DNA of 59,626 nt, filler included. It is 6 parts of 6 records of this genome, joined end to end, with 100 filler letters (N's around TTAATTAATTAA, not from the genome) between each part and the next. Parts side by side here need not be neighbours in the genome. Positions count along the whole stretch, not along the records: positions 20,718 to 43,085 come from SRR31156797_15203; 5 more parts are not named here. The stretch is one strand, 5' to 3'. A model generated the notes under the pieces. The model saw only the letters and a list, made by a program, of their open reading frames with translations, was not told the DNA's origin and did no database searches. Below are positions 32,108 through 41,929 of this stretch, one piece after another. Positions within the stretch are counted from its first letter, which is position 1, and each line of letters starts with the position of its first letter. A program made the position numbers and the translations under genes.

Positions 32108-33526
32108 TCAACCTCCTGCGCTAACTAATGAAAAGTATGCATTTTGAATTTTGTCAAAATGATCTGCAAAACTATACCTTTTCTGTCCAGCAATATTATC
32201 ATTGTACTTTTTAATTAAATCCGGACATTTAATTAATACATCCATATGGTAAGCAAGTTCCTCTGCTGTTTTAGATGTATTCATAATGCAATTAAAACCA
32301 TTTTTTGCATACTCAGAGACCCCACCAACATTATTAGCAATGAGCGGCAATCCTTTGGCAAGTATCTCTACCCCGACATACCCATAAACTTCCTCCCAAA
32401 TTGAAGGAAGAATACCAACATGTAGCCCTTCTAAAATTCTGCCAATGTGGTTCTTGTTAAATGTTCCTTTATAATAAATATTGTCATACAGCCGTGCCTG
32501 TTTCTCCAACAGTGGATCAATATGGCCATAAACATGTACTTCAAATTTGTTTACCAATCCCTTTTCGTTTAGATGCTTTACAGCATCAATGATCAGTTCC
32601 CCCCCCTTGGGAATAGATAACATTCCATTGAGCGTAACAAATTTTATTCTTCCGGATGGATTAATTCTGGAGAAAACAATCTTGTCAATATGCATTAAAG
32701 TCGGGTTGATCACTTCTATCTCGACATTTTTACCTAAATAATTCCTGTAAATCTCGGCGACCTTGCCAGCCCTGGCAATCAGCAGGTCAATACTTTGTAG
32801 GCGGGTGATGTTTTGCATCCTTCTCTTCTGATAAAGCTTCGAAAGATCCTCCCTTGGAATATCCATCACATCACCAGATAGCATTTTACCTGTTTCGAGA
32901 ATGCTCGTAATTAAACGTATAGGCAGGCGTTTGTATAACCATGTATTAAAGAAACGATAGGTCAGCGTAGATTTAACATCAAACCGGTTGTCTTTTGGTG
33001 CCAACCGGCAACACCGGCGACAGGTTTTACCCACCTCTTTTGCTGTGCAGTTTTCTTTCTCATAAGTAAACAGTTTGAGGGTCGGACAGAGCAGATAATA
33101 ATCGGCCAGAGTCATTATGACCGGCAGGCCAAACTCGTGCTTTGCAATATCAATCAGTGAAGACGGTAAACCGGCCAATTCATGAATATGGATCAGGTCT
33201 GGCTTTACGTCAACTAACACCTTTCTAAAAATTTCCTCTGTAACAGGCTCTGAAAGGTGCAAATCAGGACGCAACGTACCTTGATCACCGCAATGTATTA
33301 TTGCAGAATTGATAACCTCGTAACACGCAACCCGGCCTTTCAAAAACCTCTTGAGTCTTGTTACCCGGTCATAAGGAAATTTTCTGCCGGCAAAAAAGTA
33401 GGAAACTTGATAGCCCTGCTGAGATTGGTAATCCATCAGGTCTTCAGCGTACTGAATCAAGCCACCCCATCTCCATGGGGTGAACCCCCATCCTATATGC
33501 AAAATATTTATGTTATGCCTGTTCAT
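32108..33526 (-). CDS. GT4 glycosyltransferase
   Basis: PDLIHIH, TLADYYLLCP, KG, PSIWEEVYG..E...G.P. Confidence 0.88.
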   Translation of the reverse strand: MNRHNINILHIGWGFTPWRWGGLIQYAEDLMDYQSQQGYQVSYFFAGRKFPYDRVTRLKRFLKGRVACYEVINSAIIHCGDQGTLRPDLHLSEPVTEEIFRKVLVDVKPDLIHIHELAGLPSSLIDIAKHEFGLPVIMTLADYYLLCPTLKLFTYEKENCTAKEVGKTCRRCCRLAPKDNRFDVKSTLTYRFFNTWLYKRLPIRLITSILETGKMLSGDVMDIPREDLSKLYQKRRMQNITRLQSIDLLIARAGKVAEIYRNYLGKNVEIEVINPTLMHIDKIVFSRINPSGRIKFVTLNGMLSIPKGGELIIDAVKHLNEKGLVNKFEVHVYGHIDPLLEKQARLYDNIYYKGTFNKNHIGRILEGLHVGILPSIWEEVYGYVGVEILAKGLPLIANNVGGVSEYAKNGFNCIMNTSKTAEELAYHMDVLIKCPDLIKKYNDNIAGQKRYSFADHFDKIQNAYFSLVSAGG

Positions 33527-33547
33527 CTCATTATATTCACATTCAAC

Positions 33548-34765
33548 CTAAAGTCTTTCAATCATTTTGGCAAAGGCTTTATCAAGAATCGCTTTGTTGT
33601 GATGTTGTTCGACAAAGCGTCTCGCATTGTACGCAACATCTTTATGCAGTCTTCTGTCAGACAACAGCATATTTAATTTTTTGCAGATAGCCTGTTCATC
33701 TCTTTCTGGCACCAAAATGCCAGTTTCACCGTCTCTGACCAACTCCGGGATGCCGCTATGCTTTGATGTCAAAACCGGGACGCCGAGCGCCATGGCCTCC
33801 ATCAGAACAACCGGGATACCTTCCATATCACCGTTTTTTGCGACCACACTTGGCAGAAGGAAAACATCCGCAGCAGATATACGCTTGGCAACCTCGTCAT
33901 GTCTAACGAAGCCAGCAAGCGTTATCCTCCCACCGATACCGAGTTTAGCAATGAGTTGCTCAAGCCTCTTTTTGTATACCCCTTCGCCAATGATTTCATA
34001 TTCAACATCCATCCCTTCTGCAAGTAATAATGACACCGCTTTAACTGCGTACTCCAACCCTTTTTTTTCGACCAGCCGTGAAACGGAAACCAGCTTGTAA
34101 TGTCCTGTCGGATTCAGGGCCTTGTAAGAAAAAGGAAATCGGGCGACATCCACACCCATTTTATGGGTGATCGTTCTAGCAAAAGGGGCCCCAAAACGAA
34201 CCAACCTTTTATTCCATAAATCACTGATCGGGAGGAGTAAATCACCTGAAGAAAAAAGCACCTGATATACGTTGTCACCATGTTCCTTCAAGAACAGGGA
34301 CATGTCGAGTCCATGAAAAAAAGTTACAATCTTAGCATTCGTCACTTCATGGGATTTAAAGAATTGTCCCCTCAACCCCTCTTGGCCAAAATGGCAAACA
34401 AAAATATCATGCGGGCCTTGTGAGGCAATGGTACGTGAAGCGAACAGGTCATCTAAAAAGTACTTCCGTCCTATCCTCTTATTATTTAACACCTTCATGC
34501 TTTGTATTACCGATAGTGGCCCGAGACCAAGAAATAGCTCAAGAGTCCCAGAGAGTTTTTGAAAAAAAGTTCCGGGCGAGCAAATTAAGTGGCATCTCTT
34601 CATTAAGTGGTACTTGTCTACCTCTTGCTGGAATAGCGATGTGTCATGGATTCTTTCACAGAAAATATCCACGTCATGTCCATCATCTATCAAGCTTGTG
34701 ATCTGATTGAAGACAAAGGTCTGCGAGAGGACGGGAAAGTTTTCCATCAAAAAGGCAATTTTCAT
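33548..34765 (-). CDS. GT4 glycosyltransferase, WcaL-like
   Basis: FPVLSQTFV, CHFG, RLVEKKG, GDMEGIPVVLMEAMA. Confidence 0.9.
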   Translation of the reverse strand: MKIAFLMENFPVLSQTFVFNQITSLIDDGHDVDIFCERIHDTSLFQQEVDKYHLMKRCHLICSPGTFFQKLSGTLELFLGLGPLSVIQSMKVLNNKRIGRKYFLDDLFASRTIASQGPHDIFVCHFGQEGLRGQFFKSHEVTNAKIVTFFHGLDMSLFLKEHGDNVYQVLFSSGDLLLPISDLWNKRLVRFGAPFARTITHKMGVDVARFPFSYKALNPTGHYKLVSVSRLVEKKGLEYAVKAVSLLLAEGMDVEYEIIGEGVYKKRLEQLIAKLGIGGRITLAGFVRHDEVAKRISAADVFLLPSVVAKNGDMEGIPVVLMEAMALGVPVLTSKHSGIPELVRDGETGILVPERDEQAICKKLNMLLSDRRLHKDVAYNARRFVEQHHNKAILDKAFAKMIERL

Positions 34766-34771
34766 AACTAC

Positions 34772-35440
34772 TTAGGGCTTTCGAACGACAATAATGTGTT
34801 CATGGGCTCCCCATCGCAAATACGGCTCAAGCAAAACAAGCTTTGAAAAGAGCCAGGTAGTAAACGGGAGGGGCCGCTTCGTTAATAATGAGAATCTGTA
34901 AAGAAATCGCGTTACCATGTTAAAATAGGCACTCGTGCTTTTGACGACAAAGCCCTGCTTCCTGACCAATACTTCAATCTCCCGAAGGGAATAGCCTAAT
35001 CTTTTGTGCCCCCAACGATAATTTATTCTCTCGACATCCTCCTTGCCCATGAATGGGAAACCAATACCGTTCTCCATGGGGGTTGAAAGGATCAGTTGCC
35101 CGCCATTCTTCATGACCCGATAAGTTTCCATAAGAAACGGGGTCTCGTCAACCAGGTGCTCAATGATGTCCAGACATAAGACCACATCAATTGTTTCGCT
35201 TGCGACTGGAAGCTTTTCCGCTTCACCTGCGATGGCATTCAATCCTGCTGCCTGTGCAATGGCCAATCCCTCAGGATCTACATCCAGGACACTCACTGTC
35301 ACATTACGACAGTGGCCTTTGATGAAAGCAGCAAGTGTTCCGTCAAACCCACCGATATCCAATACGGATGCCCCGGCTCTTACTTTTCTTTTTAAGACTG
35401 GGCGTAGAGCTGCCCATCGAATCAGCGTACCTGGCCTCAC
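34772..35440 (-). CDS. Class I SAM-dependent methyltransferase
   Basis: VLDIGGFDG, LDIIEHL, LILSTP. Confidence 0.88.
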   Translation of the reverse strand: MRPGTLIRWAALRPVLKRKVRAGASVLDIGGFDGTLAAFIKGHCRNVTVSVLDVDPEGLAIAQAAGLNAIAGEAEKLPVASETIDVVLCLDIIEHLVDETPFLMETYRVMKNGGQLILSTPMENGIGFPFMGKEDVERINYRWGHKRLGYSLREIEVLVRKQGFVVKSTSAYFNMVTRFLYRFSLLTKRPLPFTTWLFSKLVLLEPYLRWGAHEHIIVVRKP

Positions 35441-35491
35441 GAGTAGCTCACCATAAAAGGAAGTCTCATATTCTTGCTTTTTTTAATTTAT

Positions 35492-36526
35492 CTAATGACG
35501 ACAAGGTCTAAAACATCGACAAACCATTTTGAAAAAATCGTAAAATAATTGTTTTGCCACTTTTTTGGGGGACCTGGAAACATTTCCCCAACAAAGTCCC
35601 AAAGAAACAACTCGTTGTTTATTGGCAGTTAGAGCTGTTTTGTATATTTTTAAATAATCCCTTAACAGAACGTCCTCCTCTGACTCAATTCCCCAAATCG
35701 TACTTGCAGTGAAATGTATAAAGATTAAGGGATAGCCATCAAGAGTAACAAAGCCGTCTGAGGACATTGTGCGATGGCACTCTACTTGGTTCCAATTTGC
35801 AACATTACATCCTTTATGCCTAAGAATTTTTACATTTTCAAAATATACTGGCAATAGATCCAAATAAGCCTGATCATTGAAAAGCCCTCGCTCAGGGTCT
35901 TTAACGCACTCGTTTAAGCAGACACTGGCCCACCAATTCAGAGCTGAAATTCCTGAGCGTGTGGCACCAACAAAACCAGCATTGAAAAGGCCACTGGTTT
36001 GCAATATTGCAAAATTAGCTGAATCTTTACTGGGATCTGAACATCGCCAGTGGGGGGTCAGCAGAATGCTATTATTCTTCATTTCATGGACAAGAAAATA
36101 TGGTGATGCAAAGAAATGGATATCTGGATCCAGAAAAAAAGCTTGATTGTATCCAGCATTTAGTAAATGGATTAAAAAAACAGGTTTTAATGACCAACGC
36201 AAACAGTCCAAGTCTTTTTTTCTGTATTTTTGAAAGATCAGAAGCCCATTATCTTTATCACAAACTTCGTTGTAGGTATAAAGTTTAAGCTGGGGGTAAA
36301 CAGTGTTAATTTCTGAAGAATCAATCTTTTTATCAACAACAAGCACATGAAGTTGTGCCGATGGCTCGTACTCTACTAAAGAAGAAAGAAGTGTTAATGC
36401 ATAATGCAAGTAGTCTCTCGTAATAATCGTACAGAACGCTATACATTTTAAATTTAGAATATCTTCATTGTCTTGGCAATTGGAGTTCACTCTGCTTACC
36501 TTTCCACCTTTAAAATTTGACTTCAT
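35492..36526 (-). CDS. GT-A fold glycosyltransferase (GT8-like)
   Basis: FCTII, LKP, FLDPD, LTPH, FNAGF, DQAYLD, FIHF. Confidence 0.75.
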   Translation of the reverse strand: MKSNFKGGKVSRVNSNCQDNEDILNLKCIAFCTIITRDYLHYALTLLSSLVEYEPSAQLHVLVVDKKIDSSEINTVYPQLKLYTYNEVCDKDNGLLIFQKYRKKDLDCLRWSLKPVFLIHLLNAGYNQAFFLDPDIHFFASPYFLVHEMKNNSILLTPHWRCSDPSKDSANFAILQTSGLFNAGFVGATRSGISALNWWASVCLNECVKDPERGLFNDQAYLDLLPVYFENVKILRHKGCNVANWNQVECHRTMSSDGFVTLDGYPLIFIHFTASTIWGIESEEDVLLRDYLKIYKTALTANKQRVVSLGLCWGNVSRSPKKVAKQLFYDFFKMVCRCFRPCRH

Positions 36527-37482
36527 TATTTGTTTAACCCAGCTTTTCTATAAATAAAACGTAATGCAGCCTCTTTAAAGCCAAACAAGATTAATTCCCA
36601 TTTCCATCCTCTAATTGAACTATTTTTAATGGCGGACTTAATCAGGTAATTATCAAACCAATGTTTTATCTCCCAAGGGTAGGAACTACCAATCATATCA
36701 GCAACTATTTGTCGTCGTAACTCACCTGTAGCACTAACACGAATAGATTCAGATAAAAAAGGCGTTTCTTGAGCATCCAAGCTGGATGAATAATAGTGCC
36801 AGATTGAAGCATCAACAATAACCGATGGATTTCCCCATAGCTGCGCGTTCAATTTGTCAGGTAAAAGTTTAAAACTTGCAGAAGATTGTTCAATCGAATG
36901 ATTTAAAGCCACTTGATCTCGATGCTGACCAAGGGTGCGGCTTGTATATAACCATGATTTATGCCATTTCTCTCCAAATTCGTGGGCACCTGGGGTATCA
37001 TTATAAAAAAATACTCCGCCATTGATATATGAAGTATTCTTAATTGCCCACCCAAGTTTTGCTGCAGCACTAACATCTACAGGTCCAATCTGTGAATCAA
37101 AATGTGGTTGTGAATGATTACGGGCACCTGCAATATCTTCTCGAATGTCAAAAACATGAGACAAATCCCCTCGGACAAGAACATCACTATCGAGAAACAA
37201 AAACTTGCCAGCAAGAAGTGAGCGTAGACGCGTTTTTAAATAACGGTTCCGGATCGAAGCTGCGGCATCAGGAGTTGAATAGCTTAACCAGGAGTCGACC
37301 TCATCCAATATTGGATTTTTCTGTAAACGAATATTCTGATTTGTAACAGTATCACAAACAACTACAATCGAAATATCAGGATTAGTTTGGCGTAACGATT
37401 CTATTGCAACTCGAGTCATTCCACAGAAAATATCATTTCCGGTAGAAGTTAGTACGAATGCAATTTTTCGGGAAGAACTCAT
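36526..37482 (-). CDS. GT-A fold glycosyltransferase (GT8-like)
   Basis: FLDSD, INGGV, DQVALN, IWHY. Confidence 0.75.
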   Translation of the reverse strand: MSSSRKIAFVLTSTGNDIFCGMTRVAIESLRQTNPDISIVVVCDTVTNQNIRLQKNPILDEVDSWLSYSTPDAAASIRNRYLKTRLRSLLAGKFLFLDSDVLVRGDLSHVFDIREDIAGARNHSQPHFDSQIGPVDVSAAAKLGWAIKNTSYINGGVFFYNDTPGAHEFGEKWHKSWLYTSRTLGQHRDQVALNHSIEQSSASFKLLPDKLNAQLWGNPSVIVDASIWHYYSSSLDAQETPFLSESIRVSATGELRRQIVADMIGSSYPWEIKHWFDNYLIKSAIKNSSIRGWKWELILFGFKEAALRFIYRKAGLNK

Positions 37483-37518
37483 AATTTTTAAGAACTTTAT
37501 TGAATTTTACAATATATT

Positions 37519-38652
37519 TTACACAGCCTTTTGACGTAATGATAGCCCAGCCTCCTTTGCCTTAGCCACCCAGTGATCAAAATGGTTTACCTTTAAAGGT
37601 CTATGAGTTGGGGGCGGGGAAGGGTTTTCAGAAGGATATATAATTTCCCGACCAGAAATAGCTGTTCCAATCATTGGGCGTATATCTTCATTGACGCATT
37701 CAAACAATGAACTCTTTTGCAATGTTTTTGATACTCTCTCGCCATGATAACCCGAAAGACATAAGCATTTTGTCACATCCCTATGAATAGCCAGCGAGAT
37801 TGCTTGCCACATTGCACCTCGAGTCCAGGCAACATCAAAATATCGCTGTTGAAGCCGAGATGTAAGCAGCCAGTTCTGAATGTGCCATTTTGCAAGAGAA
37901 GCCAAAAGAATCAGTTGTGGAAAAGGTGTCAAGTCTCGATAATTCCGCCAATAGGGAGTTAAGAATGTGTCTCCAAGGCTACCGCTCCAAAAAACAGCCT
38001 TTCCGGCTAATGCTTCTCCTATATCGCGGCATTGTTTTTGCCAACGCATGTGACGGAGATCAATTCGTGTACAATTACTTAAAATCTCTTCAGACAGCAG
38101 GCTATCATCATCGTCATTTCTCAACTCAATAAACTTATGTGACAGGGCATTTCGAGACATAAACTCTTTTACCAAAGAGGCATTAGGGGCCGCGCTTGCA
38201 ACAATTACAGGATTTTTCCATGGAAGCAAAGTCAAATTCAGACTGTCTTTACCACCAACAAGAATTATGTTTGTAAATCCTGATAATTTTGTCTCGACTT
38301 CATTAATATCTAAAATTAATGATTTTGCTATAGCAACGGCAAAGTCATTTGGTGATCGATAGCAATTTGATTTTTTTTGCATTGCCCCGCCAAGACGAAT
38401 GATACCATCAATTGGCAAAACTCCATCTGGTAGATAAGTAAAATTTTTAGATTCAGTCAAAGTTTTAACCTTATTATTCAAATTAACAGAACCGATATGC
38501 TTTATTAGTTCTATGAGTGACCATGAATAATAGTTGTTGTAGCGATAGACAGGATAAAAATTGGGGGTACCAATGAATTGTTTTGCTTTGATCACTTTCA
38601 CCTCAGGGTTATACCAAAGGTCATACTGATTAATTGTTTCAGATAAAATCAT
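37519..38652 (-). CDS. PP-loop / asparagine synthase C-terminal-like protein
   Basis: VGGKDS (SGGxDS-like), FWSGSLGD; no N-terminal Cys glutaminase domain. Confidence 0.55.
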   Translation of the reverse strand: MILSETINQYDLWYNPEVKVIKAKQFIGTPNFYPVYRYNNYYSWSLIELIKHIGSVNLNNKVKTLTESKNFTYLPDGVLPIDGIIRLGGAMQKKSNCYRSPNDFAVAIAKSLILDINEVETKLSGFTNIILVGGKDSLNLTLLPWKNPVIVASAAPNASLVKEFMSRNALSHKFIELRNDDDDSLLSEEILSNCTRIDLRHMRWQKQCRDIGEALAGKAVFWSGSLGDTFLTPYWRNYRDLTPFPQLILLASLAKWHIQNWLLTSRLQQRYFDVAWTRGAMWQAISLAIHRDVTKCLCLSGYHGERVSKTLQKSSLFECVNEDIRPMIGTAISGREIIYPSENPSPPPTHRPLKVNHFDHWVAKAKEAGLSLRQKAV

Positions 38653-38661
38653 TTTGAAAAA

Positions 38662-39645
38662 TCACCTTGAAACATACCGATTTAACCACCCATTACGAAT
38701 AGAATCTTTATTTTTACAAATCAGACTTATAAGTTCGGTATTAAAGGTTTCTGGCTCAAATCTACCGAATCCCGCTTCTGGATGAAAAGTAATTTCTCCA
38801 AAAACAGGTTTGCCTGTATCATATAAATCTATCCTGACGAAAGGTTCATCGCCAGCAATGGTTTCTGCTATTCTCAGCATATGATCGTAACAGAGCGGTT
38901 TAGATGCCCTCCCGCAATAATTTGGGTATAGATAACGAATATTTAATAAATTGAAATTTCGATCATAAATGTTTCTTTCATGATTAGAGTATCTACCAAA
39001 ATCAATCTGTAAAAATCTACAACGTCCATAAAAACAAAAAAATTTATAATCCAGAGGGGTTTTTTTACCGTATAGAATGAGGTCCTCTATTATTAAGAAG
39101 GGCTTTATCCAACGATACTGCCATTCAGCAGAGTCAGTAGAATGATCACTAAAAAGCCATTTGTCAGTTTTTTCATAAGCCTCTTCCCAATCAAAGTCCT
39201 CCTTGTTGAGAACAATAATATTTTTTCCAGATCCTTGATTAGCTTTGATTATAAAAGACCTTGGCAAAGCCTCGACATTGACATTGCGTAAGTCAGTTCC
39301 ATACCAAATTAATGGAACAAGATGCTCTTCACCAACTATATTTTTTACATAATCTCTCACCAATAATTTATCGGCCATTTTTGTATAATTGGGCTTCCGC
39401 CTTAAAAATTTGGAACGTTGAAGATACTCATTAAAATTTTTTGGAGAAACTAAATTGGGGTAAACACCAAATGTTGATTTATATCTAAAAATAACTTTAT
39501 AGATATCAGAAGGCAAAAGAATACAATCAATAATAAGTCTTACAAAAACATATTTACAAATGGGAAGTTTTTTCAGCCGTAATCCAAAAATTTCAGAGTA
39601 ATATATAAAACTAAGAATCACTTTTTTTAGAAATTTCATCGACAT
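38662..39645 (-). CDS. TupA-like ATP-grasp amidoligase
   Basis: PKNFNE, ADKLLVRDYV, IKANQGSG, DYKFFCF, VRIDLY, FGEITFHP; SD AGGAGG before ATG 39645. Confidence 0.9.
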   Translation of the reverse strand: MSMKFLKKVILSFIYYSEIFGLRLKKLPICKYVFVRLIIDCILLPSDIYKVIFRYKSTFGVYPNLVSPKNFNEYLQRSKFLRRKPNYTKMADKLLVRDYVKNIVGEEHLVPLIWYGTDLRNVNVEALPRSFIIKANQGSGKNIIVLNKEDFDWEEAYEKTDKWLFSDHSTDSAEWQYRWIKPFLIIEDLILYGKKTPLDYKFFCFYGRCRFLQIDFGRYSNHERNIYDRNFNLLNIRYLYPNYCGRASKPLCYDHMLRIAETIAGDEPFVRIDLYDTGKPVFGEITFHPEAGFGRFEPETFNTELISLICKNKDSIRNGWLNRYVSR

Positions 39646-39802
39646 AGAGTAACCTCCTTTGTTGAACAGCAATGCAAAACGATTCCCAATCTACCCCGGA
39701 TCAAAAATAGACGAAAGTTGGTTTAAATACACCGGTAATTGTTCTCCCGAAACCAACATACGGAATATTTTTTAATCAAGCACGTCAGGGGTGGGTATTT
39801 TG

Positions 39803-40681
39803 TTAAAAAAATTTAGAAAGCGATGCCATTTTTTTCAGGTTATCCTTAAGGTGAATTACAAGCATACGGCAATTATTGAAAAAAACAGCCAGTTTTCCAT
39901 AATTTTCATAGTACAAATTTTTATATAACCCGTCTATATTCCAGGGTTTACGCGGTCCACTCCAGTGGAGGATAACTGCCCCATCAAGAATTTTCGAATC
40001 GTGATTAGTTTTATACCCTAGCCCTGTGACGTTATATTTAAACCCTAAATCCGTGACATAGCTATGCAGGGCATTATTCATGGCACCTTGAGCATAAAAA
40101 TCAAATCGACGTCCTTTGTTCTCCTTTTGAATTTCACACTCAAAATAACAAAGTTCAGAAAAATTATTTTCCAGCCAAAAATTAGTATCTACAACAACAA
40201 CCCCCATATTGAAATAAGAACCTGAAGCAACAACTTTACTAAATGATTCGGGAGGAACATTAAAAGTGCCATCACTATTACGACTTCTCACAGCACCAAG
40301 CTTTATATCTTCCAAAATACATTTTCGCCAAAGAGGTGCCAAATCTTTTTGGACAAGTTGGTCTACCTCCATAAATATTATTTTTGAATATTCCGAAAAA
40401 TATTTTGGAAGTAAAAGCTGAGCATATGTAGCAAATGCCGGAATATCTGCGCGCCCTTCTCGAAAATACAAATGATTGCATAGATCAATATCTTGATCGC
40501 TGATTACTTTCGCAACAACCGGAAAGTCTGAATTAACACTACAGTTCTCATCAGGTAAAAGCACAGCGAACTCAAAGTCGATGGAAATGTGTTTGGCAAT
40601 ACTTTGAAAGACCCGCTCTAAATGCTGAATATGGTTCTCGCCTGGCGCAAATACAAAAATGGCTCTATTTTTTTTCCCCAC
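39803..40681 (-). CDS. GT8 family glycosyltransferase
   Basis: YFNMGV, QGAMN, ILHWSGPRKPW; EVD in place of DxD. Confidence 0.8.
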   Translation of the reverse strand: MGKKNRAIFVFAPGENHIQHLERVFQSIAKHISIDFEFAVLLPDENCSVNSDFPVVAKVISDQDIDLCNHLYFREGRADIPAFATYAQLLLPKYFSEYSKIIFMEVDQLVQKDLAPLWRKCILEDIKLGAVRSRNSDGTFNVPPESFSKVVASGSYFNMGVVVVDTNFWLENNFSELCYFECEIQKENKGRRFDFYAQGAMNNALHSYVTDLGFKYNVTGLGYKTNHDSKILDGAVILHWSGPRKPWNIDGLYKNLYYENYGKLAVFFNNCRMLVIHLKDNLKKMASLSKFF

Positions 40682-40708
40682 GCTTAACTCTCAAAATTTG
40701 AAACGCTA

Positions 40709-41929
40709 CTAATTATCAATGTCAGGTTCACAATATTTTTCAATCCACGAATCTATTTCAAGAATACAATCACTGACTGAACCTGGGTTTCCTCCGACAA
40801 TTTTTACTACTTGCGTTTTTGAAATCGACGCAATAAATGCTCCCCTTTTAATTATATGAATCGCTAGATGGTATACGCCCGGCTTCAAAGGCAAATGCTC
40901 CACCCTGCAAACCCAGCGTTTGGTCCCCTTTTTAATTTTTAGACCGAATTCATCAGCATTTTTCATGACGTTACACGCGTATTCACCGGAAGAGTTGAAA
41001 AAATTGAGAATCAAACCTGTGCCATCAAGGTCTTCATCAGACGTGATTTTTATCTCAAATGAAAAGGGTTTATTAAACTCTGCGGTATCTGGTGTTTCAA
41101 ATTCAAACTGCGTTAATGGCGGAAAGATGTTTTTAAATGATTTTACTGAATTCGAGTTCCTATCGATCAGGTTCTGGTAAGCAGAAATTCCACTTTTTGT
41201 GTCACCTTGGTGTAAGATAGATCCTTTTGAGAGGAGAATGGTTTTTGAGCTGATGCGTGTTACATCAGGCGTATTATGAGAAACAAAAATGACTGCTGAA
41301 GAAGCCAAAAGTTCATCTATAATTCGGTAACATTTGAAACGAAAACCAGCATCTCCTACCGCAAGAACTTCATCAAGCAATAAAACATCGGGCTTGAGCA
41401 TACTGGCTACAGCAAAACCGAGCCTGATTGTCATTCCAGAACTGTAGCTTTGTACCGGGGAATCAATGAAATCGTTTATCTCAGTAAAATCAATAATCTC
41501 ACAAAGTTTTTGGTCAATCTCTTTTTTCTTAAATCCAAGCACCGAGGCGTTGACATAGATATTTTCACGTCCAGTCAAAATAGGGTTAAATCCTGCCCCT
41601 AGCGCAATCAATGCCCCCACACGGCCTCTGATTTCGATTCGACCTCTGTCCGGCTTAATCAGCCCATTGAGCATACGCAACAATGTAGTTTTCCCGGCTC
41701 CGTTTCGCCCGATGAGCCCAATACACTCTCCGCGCCTAAGCTCAAAACTAACATCATCGACTGCCCAAAATTCATCTGGGCGCAGTACACCGTTACCGCC
41801 ATGTCTGCGCCCAAGCAATTCGTTGCCCAGATCCTTCATCCCGTACCAGAGGGATTTTTTCAGGTCTCTGCAGAATTTTTTGGAGACGCCTTCTACTTTA
41901 ATTAAGGTTTCATTCTTCATGGGAGTCAC
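40709..41929 (-). CDS. wzt: Polysaccharide ABC exporter ATPase with C-terminal domain
   Basis: FWAVDDVSF, GRNGAGKTT, YSSGM, DEVLAVGD; beta-rich Wzt_C-like tail (LPLKPGVY). Confidence 0.92.
   Translation of the reverse strand: MTPMKNETLIKVEGVSKKFCRDLKKSLWYGMKDLGNELLGRRHGGNGVLRPDEFWAVDDVSFELRRGECIGLIGRNGAGKTTLLRMLNGLIKPDRGRIEIRGRVGALIALGAGFNPILTGRENIYVNASVLGFKKKEIDQKLCEIIDFTEINDFIDSPVQSYSSGMTIRLGFAVASMLKPDVLLLDEVLAVGDAGFRFKCYRIIDELLASSAVIFVSHNTPDVTRISSKTILLSKGSILHQGDTKSGISAYQNLIDRNSNSVKSFKNIFPPLTQFEFETPDTAEFNKPFSFEIKITSDEDLDGTGLILNFFNSSGEYACNVMKNADEFGLKIKKGTKRWVCRVEHLPLKPGVYHLAIHIIKRGAFIASISKTQVVKIVGGNPGSVSDCILEIDSWIEKYCEPDIDN

Noticed and set aside
35437-35469. Short ORF MRLPFMVSYS* whose stop overlaps the methyltransferase GTG
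   Set aside because: Too short to tell from chance; methyltransferase domain appears complete without it
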